Shown: piece after piece, positions 43,721 through 53,309 of the stretch
How positions within the stretch are numbered: position 1 is the stretch's first letter
Layout of the letters: the number at the start of each line of letters is the position of its first letter
From: an uncultured Nitrospiraceae bacterium
Lineage (GTDB): Bacteria; Nitrospirota; Thermodesulfovibrionia; Thermodesulfovibrionales; UBA6898
Assembly (NCBI GenBank): GCA_963811165.1
Contig: CAWEQH010000008.1
Coordinates: 256,001 to 320,000, forward strand
Length of the DNA: 64,000 nt
Direction: 5' to 3'
Program-made: the position numbers and the translations under genes
Notes under the pieces: model-generated
What the model was told of the DNA's origin: nothing
Database searches by the model: none
What the model saw: the letters and a program-made list of their open reading frames with translations, nothing else

Positions 43721-44992
43721 TCAGTAAAGCATACCCTGACCCTTGGTCTCCTTTTTCTTTGCTCTCCCGAAGATCTTTATCTTCCCGTATTCCCCGTCAT
43801 ATCCGGGGGAGATGGAGACCTCTCCTGTACGCATCTGTTTAATCGCCCGCCCGAGACGCACGGAGCCGGCGGCCTCGATATCTTCAACCGGGACGTCCAG
43901 CAGGATTCTCAACTCATTGCCGAGCTGTCCGATAACCTTTTCATATTCATTTCTCACCGCCTTGCTTGCCACGCCGAGCGTAAGTGTCTCTGCGATAATT
44001 TCGTGCAACGGAATGACTGAATGAAAAGGCGGAGCTCCTTCGGGCCTGAAGCCCTCTTCCCTGTCAGCGAGACTTTCCACCCTATGCATGACCCCGATCG
44101 TCACGCGCTTCCCGCAGACCGGGCAGAGATTGTTTCGAATGATGGACTCTTTCGGCAGAAGGCATGAGGCGCAGGACCTGTGTCCGTCGTAGTGGTATTT
44201 CCCCTCCTCCGGGAAGAACTCTATCGTGCCTAAAAGCCCCTTCCTTGTCTTTACCGAGTTCAGGATGTCCGCATAGGACAGCCCGGCATCGAATATGGTC
44301 GCTTCGCGGCCGATCTTCATGGGCGAATGGGCGTCTGAGTTGGAGATGAGGGTGAGCCCGTCCAGTGCCGAGAGTCTCCAGTTCATGGCGGGGTCCGAAG
44401 ATAACCCCGTCTCGATGGCATAAATATGCGGGGTCAATTCTTCGAAACATTCATCCAGGGAGTCAAACCCCGAGGCAGCGCCGAATACGGAAAAGTGAGG
44501 GGTCCATGCGTGGGCCGGGATCAGGATAGAGGAAGGTGAAGAATCCAGTATGATCCTGAGCAGTTCCTTTGCATCAAGCCCCAGGATGGGTCTGCCGTCG
44601 GCAGAAAGGTTCCCTATCTTAGAGAGTGACCCATTGATCCGCCTGGCATCATCGAACGAGGGCGCCAGCACAATCGCATGTATCTTCCGCGTCCTGTCGT
44701 TTTTTCTGTAGATACAGCTGATCTCTGCAGAGGGAAGAAAAAAAACATCGGCCTTGCACGAAGCCGGGACGTCTTCCTGGCGGAACTTTTTTTTCAGTGT
44801 GAAGAGGCCATTGCCTTCCGCCTCTGTTTTTTCCCGCAACTCTGCAAGCCATTGAGGATGAGTGAAGTCTCCGGTGCCTATCACTGAAATGCCTTTCAGT
44901 TGGGCCCATTTCCAAAGCGCCTCAGGGGACATCTCTTTGCTGGTTGCCCTGGAATATCTGGAATGGATGTGGAGGTCGGCGATAAAACGCAT
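43721..44992 (-). CDS. Endonuclease Q family protein (PHP domain plus Zn ribbon)
   Basis: ADLHIHSRYSRATS, GTGDFTHP, PAHAWTP, ETGLSSDP, NSDAHS, GKYHYDGHR.C..C, CPVCG. Confidence 0.88.
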   Translation of the reverse strand: MRFIADLHIHSRYSRATSKEMSPEALWKWAQLKGISVIGTGDFTHPQWLAELREKTEAEGNGLFTLKKKFRQEDVPASCKADVFFLPSAEISCIYRKNDRTRKIHAIVLAPSFDDARRINGSLSKIGNLSADGRPILGLDAKELLRIILDSSPSSILIPAHAWTPHFSVFGAASGFDSLDECFEELTPHIYAIETGLSSDPAMNWRLSALDGLTLISNSDAHSPMKIGREATIFDAGLSYADILNSVKTRKGLLGTIEFFPEEGKYHYDGHRSCASCLLPKESIIRNNLCPVCGKRVTIGVMHRVESLADREEGFRPEGAPPFHSVIPLHEIIAETLTLGVASKAVRNEYEKVIGQLGNELRILLDVPVEDIEAAGSVRLGRAIKQMRTGEVSISPGYDGEYGKIKIFGRAKKKETKGQGMLY

Positions 44993-45065
44993 TGAGGATT
45001 ATAGCATGACGCGGCGGAAGATGCCGTCTCGTTGCTCAAACGGTCTTCTCCTGCCGTGTAAGGGA

Positions 45066-45218
45066 ATGAGAGAAGGGAGCCCGTTCAGAATTTTTTGTGA
45101 TCGACAGATTGTCAAGATAGTAGGCGTTTTCTTTAAGCCTCGGGTCTATTAGTTTATCCCTCAGCCTTTTTTTTAAGATGTCGCACAAAAAAATACTTCA
45201 TGGCCTCCCCTCTCTCAC
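45066..45218 (-). ncRNA. Structured ~153-nt element, copy 1 (6S RNA-like or MITE)
   Basis: Long closing stem GTGAGAGAGGGGAG/CTCCCTTCTCTCAT, inner stem TTTTTTGTGCGACA/TGTCGATCACAAAAAA, central open loop, apical hairpin; paralog at 48578-48732. Confidence 0.55.
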
Positions 45219-45292
45219 GTTTGTTCAACTAGTATTGTCACAATAAAGTTTTTTGGATTATCTCCACGCAATTTGTTTACGCTCCCTGTTTT

Positions 45293-46183
45293 CTATATTT
45301 TTTTGAGGGCCTTATAAAGTCCGGTAATGAGTTCAGCGGACTTTTGGTAGTCCAGCGTTTCGGCGGTATCACCCGGGGAGTGGTAGTTGGGGTTTCTGTA
45401 GAAAGCGGTATCGGTTATCATGAATGCCGGATATCCGAATTTCCAGAAATTCCGGTGGTCTGAAAAATCCACTCCCGGAATGAATGCAGGGGCGCTGAGG
45501 GATTCTATCGGAAACGGAGAAACCTCCCTGAAGGCCCTCTCCACCTCGGAAGTGAAGGCCCGAGACGAAAGGTTGCCGACAAAGGAGATAAAATCCCCCC
45601 TCTTCGGGTAGAAAAGGGAAAAGAGGGAAGCCGGATAGATCTGACAGCCGTCGTAGCTGCAGAAATAGCCGAGCATTTCCAGGGATATCATGCCGTGCAC
45701 CTTAACGCCTTCGTCCTTGAGCCCCTTTGCATAGAGATAGCTGCCCATATATCTCGTCATAAACGCCGGGAACTCTTCAAGCGTGAAAGCCACAAAACGG
45801 ACCGTCCTTTTTAGGGGATTACGAGCGGAAAGACGTGCAAGTTCGAGCATGCCGGCCACCCCGCTTGCGTTATCATCGGCTCCAGGCGTGCCGACCGCGC
45901 TGTCGTAGTGTGCGCCGATTATGATAATGCCGTCTGCCGGAGCGGCGGTCCCCTTCACCTCGGTCCATATGTTGTAATACGTATTTTTTCTGTAGGAAAC
46001 CGCCTGTTTTTCAGCGGTGCATCCGAAGGAACCAAATTTTTTTTCTATAAATTCTGCGGCAAGGCCGAGTTTGCCTACCTCGAGATAACTCCTTTCCCCG
46101 ATTTCCTCCGATAGATAAAATACCGTTTCTCTAAACCGGGACTCGACCTGCTCCATGCGATAAGTGTAAAACGCTGCGCGCAA
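45293..46183 (-). CDS. M28 family metallopeptidase
   Basis: GAHYDS, PGADDNASG, FTLEE, LEMLGY, SDH, NYH. Start may be at 46156. Confidence 0.9.
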   Translation of the reverse strand: MRAAFYTYRMEQVESRFRETVFYLSEEIGERSYLEVGKLGLAAEFIEKKFGSFGCTAEKQAVSYRKNTYYNIWTEVKGTAAPADGIIIIGAHYDSAVGTPGADDNASGVAGMLELARLSARNPLKRTVRFVAFTLEEFPAFMTRYMGSYLYAKGLKDEGVKVHGMISLEMLGYFCSYDGCQIYPASLFSLFYPKRGDFISFVGNLSSRAFTSEVERAFREVSPFPIESLSAPAFIPGVDFSDHRNFWKFGYPAFMITDTAFYRNPNYHSPGDTAETLDYQKSAELITGLYKALKKI

Positions 46184-46330
46184 AGAAGCAATGCTGCTTT
46201 GTTCTTTTTTAAAAAGGGGAAGTAAAGAAATTGCTTATTGGACGGGATAATTCGTGCGCCGGGGTAAAGGTATTGCTAAAAAAGGTCCAAATCTATTAAA
46301 ATTTAGTATCTAATTTCAGGAGGAACGAAA

Positions 46331-46531
46331 TTGAAGGCAGGAATTCATCCGGAATACAAAGAAGTGAAGGTCAGCTGCGCCTGCGGCGAGATCTTTACGA
46401 CCAGGTCGACAAGGAAAGAAATCCATCTCGATATCTGCTCCAAATGCCATCCCTTCTACACAGGGAAACAGAAGCTCATGGATACCGAGGGCAGGGTGGA
46501 GAAATTTAAGAAGAAATACGCGAAGAAGTAG
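46331..46531 (+). CDS. rpmE: 50S ribosomal protein L31 (Zn-binding type)
   Basis: [34 protein letters not shown] start. Confidence 0.97.
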   Translation: MKAGIHPEYKEVKVSCACGEIFTTRSTRKEIHLDICSKCHPFYTGKQKLMDTEGRVEKFKKKYAKK

Positions 46532-46552
46532 ATAGGCCGCAAGACAATATTG

Positions 46553-46584
46553 AACAGGAAACCGTTGAGGTTTCCTGTTTTTTT
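46553..46584 (+). terminator. Intrinsic terminator after rpmE
   Basis: AACAGGAAACC-gttga-GGTTTCCTGTT plus T-tract. Confidence 0.85.
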
Positions 46585-46625
46585 CTGTCTTTCTGCATGC
46601 GTGGGAAAAGAGTGAGGTATTTACT

Positions 46626-47504
46626 ATGAAAAATGTCGGTGGACAGGCCGTTATCGAAGGCGTCATGATGAAGTCGGCCCGGAACTGGACGGTTGCAGTA
46701 AGGGACCAGAGCGGCACAATCCATCTCAAGGGAGAGAAGCTTGCCCAGTTGCCCCGGGGCTTGAAGCTCCCGATGATAAGGGGCGTTATCGCCCTTTTCC
46801 AGGCGCTCACTCTGGGGATAAAGGCGATCGAGTTTTCAGCGAGCAAGGCGTATAGCGAAGAAAGTGAGGAAACCCTCAGCAAGCTGTCCATCTCACTGAC
46901 CATTATGTTTTCGGTCCTGCTGGGTGTGGGCCTTTTTATTCTTCTGCCGTTATATGCCACGAAACTGCTGGGCCTGGTCTTACAGGGGATATCGAAGAAT
47001 TCGTTGTTCTTTAATCTCACGGACGGCGTCATCAGGGTATTTATCTTCCTGCTTTACATTGTTCTGATCGGGGTCTGGAAAGAGATGGCGAGGATATTCA
47101 TGTATCACGGCGCCGAGCACAAGGTCATCCATGCATATGAAGGAGACGAGGAACTGACGGTCGAAAACGTCAGGAAATACAGTCCCCTCCATCCCCGTTG
47201 CGGGACGAGTTTTCTGATGATCGTTATGGTCGTGAGCATCCTCATTTTTTCATTTATCCCCCAGCACTGGCCGTTTCTGTATAAGTTTCTTTCGCGGATT
47301 ATCTTCATTCCGATCATCGCCGGCACTTCCTTCGAACTGCTGAAGTTTTCCGCAAAGATGAAGGACAACCCTGTCATGAACTTTATGATACAGCCCGGCC
47401 TTATGCTGCAGCGGCTTACGACGAGGGAGCCGGACGATTCACAGATCGAGGTGGCGATCAGGGCGCTTGAAGAAGTACTGAAACTAGAGGAAGGGCATGC
47501 TTGA
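46626..47504 (+). CDS. DUF1385 membrane protein (putative metalloprotease)
   Basis: GGQAVIEGVMM, YHGAEHK, HPRCGTSF, LQRLTTREPD; usual rpmE-DUF1385-prfA synteny. Confidence 0.92.
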   Translation: MKNVGGQAVIEGVMMKSARNWTVAVRDQSGTIHLKGEKLAQLPRGLKLPMIRGVIALFQALTLGIKAIEFSASKAYSEESEETLSKLSISLTIMFSVLLGVGLFILLPLYATKLLGLVLQGISKNSLFFNLTDGVIRVFIFLLYIVLIGVWKEMARIFMYHGAEHKVIHAYEGDEELTVENVRKYSPLHPRCGTSFLMIVMVVSILIFSFIPQHWPFLYKFLSRIIFIPIIAGTSFELLKFSAKMKDNPVMNFMIQPGLMLQRLTTREPDDSQIEVAIRALEEVLKLEEGHA

Positions 47505-48557
47505 TAAGCTCCTTGAGATAGAAAAGAAATACGACGATCTGACGGCCCTGCTGAGCGATCCGAAGGTGATTTCGGTACAGTCTGAGTTTCAGAAATATTC
47601 CAAGGAGCACTCCGACCTTCAGGCGATAGTGGGCAGGATAAGGGAATACAAAAAACTTCTTTCCGACATCGAGGAAACGGAAGACATGCTCAGAAGCGGG
47701 GACATTGATATCAAGGAGCTGGCGCAGCCCGAACTCGATGAACTGAAAAAGAAGAAGTCCCCCTCGAGGAAGAGTTGAAGATCATGCTCCTCCCTGTTGA
47801 CCCGAGGGACCAAAAAAACGTCATCCTCGAGATAAGGGCGGGGACAGGCGGCGAGGAAGCCGCCCTCTTTGCGGCAAGCCTCTTGAGGATGTACACAAAA
47901 TATGCCGAATCAAGAAGGTGGAAGATAGAGATCATCAATATGAACGCTACCGGTCTGGGCGGCATCAAGGAGGTGGTCGCCTCCATTCAGGGCAAGGGCG
48001 CTTACAGCAGGTTGAAGTATGAAAGCGGCGTCCACAGGGTACAGCGCGTACCCGCAACCGAAGCGTCGGGGAGGATCCATACTTCTGCAGCGACAGTAGC
48101 GGTGCTTCCCGAGGCGGAGGACGTGGACATCAAGATAGATGCGAAGGATTTGAGGATAGACACGTTTTGCTCATCAGGGGCGGGGGGCCAAAGCGTCAAT
48201 ACGACGTATTCCGCAGTAAGGATCGTCCATGTGCCCACAGGTCTTACCGTCCAGTGCCAGGACGAGCGCTCCCAGACCAAGAACAAGGACAAGGCGATGA
48301 AGGTCCTGAGGGCGAGGCTTTATGAGATCCAGATCGAGGAAAAGGAGAAAGAGAGGGCCCAGCAGAGGAAGTCCCAGGTCGGCTCAGGAGACCGGTCCGA
48401 AAGGATAAGGACCTACAATTATCCCCAGAACCGGATTACAGACCACCGCACCGGCCTGACGCTGCATAAGCTCGAACAGGTCCTTGAAGGGGCACTCGAC
48501 GAGGTCCTGGATAACCTTATCACCTATTTCAATTCTGAAAGGCTGAAAGACCTGTAG
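47497..48557 (+). CDS. prfA: Peptide chain release factor 1; one missing C in a C-run at ~47760
   Basis: [19 protein letters not shown] (PxT RF1 motif), [17 protein letters not shown]. One added C fuses the two ORFs ([14 protein letters not shown]). Confidence 0.93.
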
Positions 48558-48577
48558 GCAGACGTTTCCCAGGGCTG

Positions 48578-48732
48578 AAAGAGAAAAGAGAAGCCCGTTC
48601 CGGATTTTTTGTGATCGACAGATTGTTCAAGTAACGGGCGTTTTCTTTAAGTCTCTGGAGCTGCCGGTCAATCCCTCAGCTTTTTTCTAAGGTGTCGCAC
48701 AAAAAATACTTCACGGCCTCTCTTTTCTCTTC
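48578..48732 (-). ncRNA. Structured ~155-nt element, copy 2 (6S RNA-like or MITE)
   Basis: Closing stem GAAGAGAAAAGAGAGGCC/GGCTTCTCTTTTCTCTTT; same inner stem and loop blocks as copy 1. Confidence 0.55.
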
Positions 48733-48767
48733 TGTTGAGTTTCACTATCATCCGGGCAAATGATATT

Positions 48768-49640
48768 ATGAGTACGATGCGATTGCTTGATGTCTTAAAG
48801 ACTTCTACCGAGTATCTCGAAAAAGCCGGGATAGAGGACGCCTTTGCCGATTCCGAGATGCTGACCCTGCATTCCGCCGGAATAGACAGGCTTGAGGCGT
48901 ACATGGAGAACCCTGAGATATCGAAAGCGGTCCTTGCAAAAATCCGGCGGCTTGTAAGACGCAGGGCAAAAGGGGAACCTGTGCAGTACCTCGTCGGCCA
49001 TATTGAATTTCTTGGCCTCAAAATACATGTGGGCAAGGGTGTGCTCATCCCCAGGCCCGAGACTGAATTACTGGTTGAAGAGGCGATAAGCAGGGGCGGG
49101 GTAGCCCCGCCCGTACAAAAAGCAGGTGCCAAAAAGCCAAGAGTCCTCGACCTTTGTACCGGAAGCGGATGTATCGCGCTTGCCCTTGCAAAGGGGTTGC
49201 CTCATGCGGATGTTTACGGGACCGATGTTTCCAGGACGGCCCTCCGATATGCAAAGAAAAATGCCCGGGAAAATAGCGTGGAAAATGTTGCCTTTCTGTG
49301 TGGGTCTCTTTTTTCACCGCTGAAGCCGGGTACCTGTTTTGACCTTATAGTCTCGAATCCCCCCTATGTGAAAAGAGCGGACATAGCGGGGCTTCAGCGC
49401 GAGGTAAAAGAATGGGAGCCTTTAGAGGCGCTCGATGGGGGGGTAGAGGGTCTTGATTTTTATCGTCGCATATTCGCTGATGCGAGGGGACACCTCTGCA
49501 AGGGCGGAAAGATCATCGTCGAACTGGGGTTCGGCCTGTCAATGGACGTTGAAGCGCTGGCCTCGGAGCAGGGGTATAAAAAGATTGAGGTAAAGAAAGA
49601 CTACGCCGGAATCGAAAGGACATTGAAGGCTGAACTCTGA
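48768..49640 (+). CDS. prmC: Release factor glutamine methyltransferase
   Basis: GEPVQY, LIPRPETE, LDLCTGSGCI, SNPPY, ALDGG..GL.FY; follows prfA. Confidence 0.95.
   Translation: MSTMRLLDVLKTSTEYLEKAGIEDAFADSEMLTLHSAGIDRLEAYMENPEISKAVLAKIRRLVRRRAKGEPVQYLVGHIEFLGLKIHVGKGVLIPRPETELLVEEAISRGGVAPPVQKAGAKKPRVLDLCTGSGCIALALAKGLPHADVYGTDVSRTALRYAKKNARENSVENVAFLCGSLFSPLKPGTCFDLIVSNPPYVKRADIAGLQREVKEWEPLEALDGGVEGLDFYRRIFADARGHLCKGGKIIVELGFGLSMDVEALASEQGYKKIEVKKDYAGIERTLKAEL
49090..49116. repeat. GTAG-family REP-like palindrome, in frame within prmC
   Basis: GCAGGGGCGGGG-TAG-CCCCGCCCGTAC, read as SRGGVAPPVQ. Confidence 0.8.
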
Positions 49641-49693
49641 GCATAAGATCTTGCTACAATAATTAAATAAATAACCTTAAACGGGGTTGAGAC

Positions 49694-50815
49694 ATGAAAA
49701 AACTATTTGAAAAAACAACAATCAACGGGATGATGCTCCAAAACAGGTTCGTGCGGTCGGCGACCTGGGAAGGAATGTGCGATAATGACGGACGCCCGAC
49801 GCCGAGGCTTGCCGACTGCTACCGTGAGCTCGCTGCGGGGGGCATCGGCCTGATCATCACCGGCTACGCGTTTGTCAGACCCGACGGCAGACAGTTGCCG
49901 GGGAAAATGGGGATCCATTCGGACGATTTTGCCGCTGAGATGAGGGCGCTTACCGAGGCTGTCCATGACGAGGGCGGCAGGATTTGCATGCAGCTCGTTC
50001 ACGCAGGAGGTCAGACCACTACAAAGACGGCAGGCAGACGCCCTTTCGGACCTTCCCCTGTGAAGGTCGAACAGTTTCCCGAGGAACCTGAAGCGATGCG
50101 TAAAGAGGACATAGATGAAGTCGTCGCGGCCTTCGGAGAGGGCGCCCGGCGGGCAAAGGCGTACGGCTTCGATGCGGTCCAGCTCCATGCTGCCCACGGC
50201 TATCTCATTAACCAGTTTCTTTCTCCACTGACCAACCGCAGGACCGACAACTATGGCGGCTCTGTTGAGAACCGGTGTCGTTTTCTTTTAGAAGTATACC
50301 GCCGCGTCCGCTCTGCGGTCGGGCCCGATTTTCCGGTACTGGTGAAATTAAACGGCTCCGATAATCTCGAAGGGGGCCTTGTCCTAGGCGATGCTGTCTA
50401 CGCCTCACGCCTGCTGGACGAGGAAAAGATCGACGCAATAGAAGTCAGCGGGGGTACTTCCGCCTCCGGCGAAAATACCCCCGTGAGGATAAAAATCGAT
50501 AATCCCGATCGGGAGGCTTACAACCTCGCACTCGCCAGAGAGATCAAAAAAGCAGTTCGATGCCCCATTATGGTTGTCGGCGGGTTCAGGTCTCTTGAGG
50601 TGATCGATAAGGCGCTCAGAGAAGATGGAATCGATTATATTTCGATGGCCCGCCCCTTCATCAGGGAGCCGAAGCTGATCAAACGCTGGAAAGAAGGCGA
50701 CCGCTCCCCTGCACGCTGCATCTCCTGCAACGGCTGCTTTAAGCCGGGACTCAAGGAGGGCGGCATCTACTGCGTGGTAGAAAAAAAAGAAGCGCAGAAG
50801 CGGGCTACTGATTAA
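49694..50815 (+). CDS. NADH:flavin oxidoreductase (Old Yellow Enzyme family)
   Basis: NRFVRSAT, QLVHAG, HAAHGYLINQFLSP, RRTDNYGGS, CISCNGC. Confidence 0.93.
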   Translation: MKKLFEKTTINGMMLQNRFVRSATWEGMCDNDGRPTPRLADCYRELAAGGIGLIITGYAFVRPDGRQLPGKMGIHSDDFAAEMRALTEAVHDEGGRICMQLVHAGGQTTTKTAGRRPFGPSPVKVEQFPEEPEAMRKEDIDEVVAAFGEGARRAKAYGFDAVQLHAAHGYLINQFLSPLTNRRTDNYGGSVENRCRFLLEVYRRVRSAVGPDFPVLVKLNGSDNLEGGLVLGDAVYASRLLDEEKIDAIEVSGGTSASGENTPVRIKIDNPDREAYNLALAREIKKAVRCPIMVVGGFRSLEVIDKALREDGIDYISMARPFIREPKLIKRWKEGDRSPARCISCNGCFKPGLKEGGIYCVVEKKEAQKRATD

Positions 50816-50878
50816 ACTTTCTTCCTTTCCGGCGAGTGGACAAACCTTCAGTTGTGCGGTAACGGTATAAATAGAGAA

Positions 50879-51829
50879 ATGAAAAAACGCAAACTTGGCA
50901 ATTCCGGTTTGGAAATCGCTCCTCTGGCATTTGGGGGCAATGTCTTTGGATGGACAGTTGATGAGTCAACGTCCTTTGCCTTACTCGATGCGTTCGCGGC
51001 ATCCGGGTGTAATCTCATCGATACCGCGGATTCCTACTCCAGGTGGGTCCCCGGCAACAGAGGCGGAGAATCCGAGACGATCATCGGCAAGTGGCTGAAG
51101 AGAACCGGGAACCGGAAGAAGGTCTTGATTGCTACTAAGGTCGGAAGTGAAATGGCCTCGAATAAGAAAGGACTGTCGAAGGCCTATATCGTGCGCGCAG
51201 CCGAGGATTCACTGAGACGCCTGCAGACGGACTATATTGATCTGTATCAGTCCCATTTCGACGACCCTGATACGCCGTTAGAGGAAACTCTGGAGGCATA
51301 TTCACAATTAATCAACCAAGGAAAGGTCAGGGCCATCGGCGCTTCCAACTACGGCGCAGAACGACTTTCTCAGGCGCTTGAGGTCAGTAAAGAACGTGGA
51401 TATCCCGCCTACCATAGCCTGCAGACTTTATATAACCTTTATGACCGCGCCGATTACGAAGCACATCTCGAACCCCTTTGCCGTGCAGAAGGATTGGGTG
51501 TGATCACCTACTTTTCGCTGGCCAGCGGCTTTCTCACGGGCAAATACAGAGCGGAAAATGATTTATCAAAGAGCGCACGAGGCGAGATGGTCAGAAAATA
51601 TCTGAATGGGCGGGGATTCCGTATTCTCAAGGCGCTTGATCATGTGGCAAAACAGCATGATTCAACTCCTGCCAGAGTTTCTCTGGCCTGGCTGATCGCT
51701 CGTCCCGGAGTCACCGCCCCTATTTCAAGCGCCACGAGCCTGGAGCAATTAACCGATTTAATCGAAGCTGCCAAACTTACATTAAGTCCTTCTTCCCTGG
51801 AGCTATTGAATCAAGAGAGCGCATATTAA
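50879..51829 (+). CDS. Aldo/keto reductase
   Basis: IDTADSY, ATKVG, SLRRLQTDYIDLYQSH, IGASNY, LASGFLTGKY. Confidence 0.94.
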   Translation: MKKRKLGNSGLEIAPLAFGGNVFGWTVDESTSFALLDAFAASGCNLIDTADSYSRWVPGNRGGESETIIGKWLKRTGNRKKVLIATKVGSEMASNKKGLSKAYIVRAAEDSLRRLQTDYIDLYQSHFDDPDTPLEETLEAYSQLINQGKVRAIGASNYGAERLSQALEVSKERGYPAYHSLQTLYNLYDRADYEAHLEPLCRAEGLGVITYFSLASGFLTGKYRAENDLSKSARGEMVRKYLNGRGFRILKALDHVAKQHDSTPARVSLAWLIARPGVTAPISSATSLEQLTDLIEAAKLTLSPSSLELLNQESAY

Positions 51830-51890
51830 CCTGCTTTTGCGGGTATAATGTATTTACTTAATCTCTCTATCAATTTAAAAGGGTCGTGCC

Positions 51891-52595
51891 ATGCAAAACA
51901 GAAGGAGATTCAAAAGATTTACATTAAAGGTCCTGGAAATTCGTGGCCGAATGATAGCTGCGACTGAAGTCAAAGTCGTCGACATCAGTATCGGGGGGAT
52001 AAGGCTAAAGGCGAATCGGCGGCTTAATATGGGGAATGAATATGCACTTAAATTAGAGGCTGCGGATAGGGCCCTTTCCTTAAGAGGCGTCGTTGTCTGG
52101 TCCTCACTGAGTGAAAACATGGAAGGGTCCCGCGGGGAAGTCGTTCCCATTTACACGGCCGGCCTGAAGTTTACCAATATTTCTGCCGATAAGATAACCC
52201 AACTTCTTGATTTTATTGAGGCGCACAAGAAGGAGGAGGTATATGTGGTAGGAGGCACCAGGCTTAATGTCAGGTTTCATATTAATGACCCGGAGAAGGC
52301 TGTTTTGAATTATCCGGCAAGTTATAAAGTAAAGAAGATCAGTCTTGGAGGGATGTTGATTGAATGCGTGCAGGCCCTGGAGGTCGACAGCAGGATCCCC
52401 ATGGAGTTGTCTCTTCAAGACGACAAACCTTTGAAGTTTGTGGGAAGAATTGTTTCATGCCAAGTCACGGAAGACGGCGATCCAAAGCAATATGACATCG
52501 GGATAGAGTTCTTAGGTTTGACAAATAAAGATAATGAAATGCTTGCCACATTCGTGGCATATTGTGCGGCCATAGAGGAAGGAAACGAAAGCTAG
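51891..52595 (+). CDS. Tandem PilZ-domain protein (c-di-GMP receptor)
   Basis: RRRFKR plus DISIGG in domain 1; RLNVR plus KISLGG in domain 2. Confidence 0.85.
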   Translation: MQNRRRFKRFTLKVLEIRGRMIAATEVKVVDISIGGIRLKANRRLNMGNEYALKLEAADRALSLRGVVVWSSLSENMEGSRGEVVPIYTAGLKFTNISADKITQLLDFIEAHKKEEVYVVGGTRLNVRFHINDPEKAVLNYPASYKVKKISLGGMLIECVQALEVDSRIPMELSLQDDKPLKFVGRIVSCQVTEDGDPKQYDIGIEFLGLTNKDNEMLATFVAYCAAIEEGNES

Positions 52596-52676
52596 CAGTA
52601 CGTTCACCGCAATCTGCTCCGCGATCATCCAGGGCGAATACTACTATTTTATGAAGCGACAGGGCAGCTCCGATGA

Positions 52677-52835
52677 CTATTCTTCGCACCTGCAGGGATG
52701 GTAGATGAGCAGGACGGACTTGATCTTCGCAAGCGCCTCTTCCTGCGTCTTTCCGGTAGCGCGGTAGCCCGGTAGATCCTTGGCCTCGGCGACCCACTGA
52801 TCGTCGTCGTCCTGATAAATAATGAACTCCCGCAT
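52677..52835 (-). CDS. Small HicB-like antitoxin-fold protein (52 aa); absent from the ORF track
   Basis: MREFIIYQDDDDQWVAEAKDLPGYRATGKTQEEALAKIKSVLLIYHPCRCEE*; matches the HicB W-V-A-x-x-x-x-LPG...G-x-T-x-EEAL pattern. Confidence 0.75.
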   Translation of the reverse strand: MREFIIYQDDDDQWVAEAKDLPGYRATGKTQEEALAKIKSVLLIYHPCRCEE

Positions 52836-52970
52836 AGCTTAAATATACCATATCCTGTAAGCACCCGGCGACAACTACGCGCGCGCCGATTGACAAAATA
52901 GCCGAAGCGTGATCAAATGTAATCGGAGGTAATCTTCAATGCGGCATTATATGACGGGCGGAGGTGCGGG

Positions 52971-53264
52971 ATGAAAAGACTTGTCACCATTTTGTTTCTT
53001 TTCTCAGTGATCGTATTACTGCTAGGCGGATGTGCCTATTACTACCCGTACGGTTACGATCCTTATTACTACCCCGATAATTACGGTTATATCGGTCCTT
53101 TTTATTATTACTCCCCTTTGGGCTACTACTCGTCTTCCCCGTATCCCTATGCGTATCCGGAGGAGTACTCTTCCCCTTCCACCCGATTTTATTTCGGCGA
53201 AAGGCCGGAGGACTTCAGGGAGCGGCAGTTCGAGTCAGGTGAGCGGCCCGGTGGAGAAAAATAA
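52971..53264 (+). CDS. Tyr/Pro-rich small lipoprotein
   Basis: GGAGG SD, lipobox LGGC, low-complexity YYPYG segments. Confidence 0.7.
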   Translation: MKRLVTILFLFSVIVLLLGGCAYYYPYGYDPYYYPDNYGYIGPFYYYSPLGYYSSSPYPYAYPEEYSSPSTRFYFGERPEDFRERQFESGERPGGEK

Positions 53265-53309
53265 AACGGTCAGGCTTTGCCTTATTGAATTTAGAAACAT
53301 GTTTCGGAT

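Noticed and set aside
45150..45201. Small peptide (MKYFFVRHLKKKAEG) encoded by the duplicated element, as a type I toxin
   Set aside because: The frame is not conserved in copy 2, SD spacing is very short and there is no hydrophobic helix. Base pairing, not coding, is what is conserved. Homopolymer errors leave some doubt.
47740..47790. Programmed frameshift in a release factor gene
   Set aside because: This is RF1 (PxT motif), not RF2. There is no CTT-TGA slippery site with an internal SD. The break is one missing C in a C-run, typical of sequencing error.
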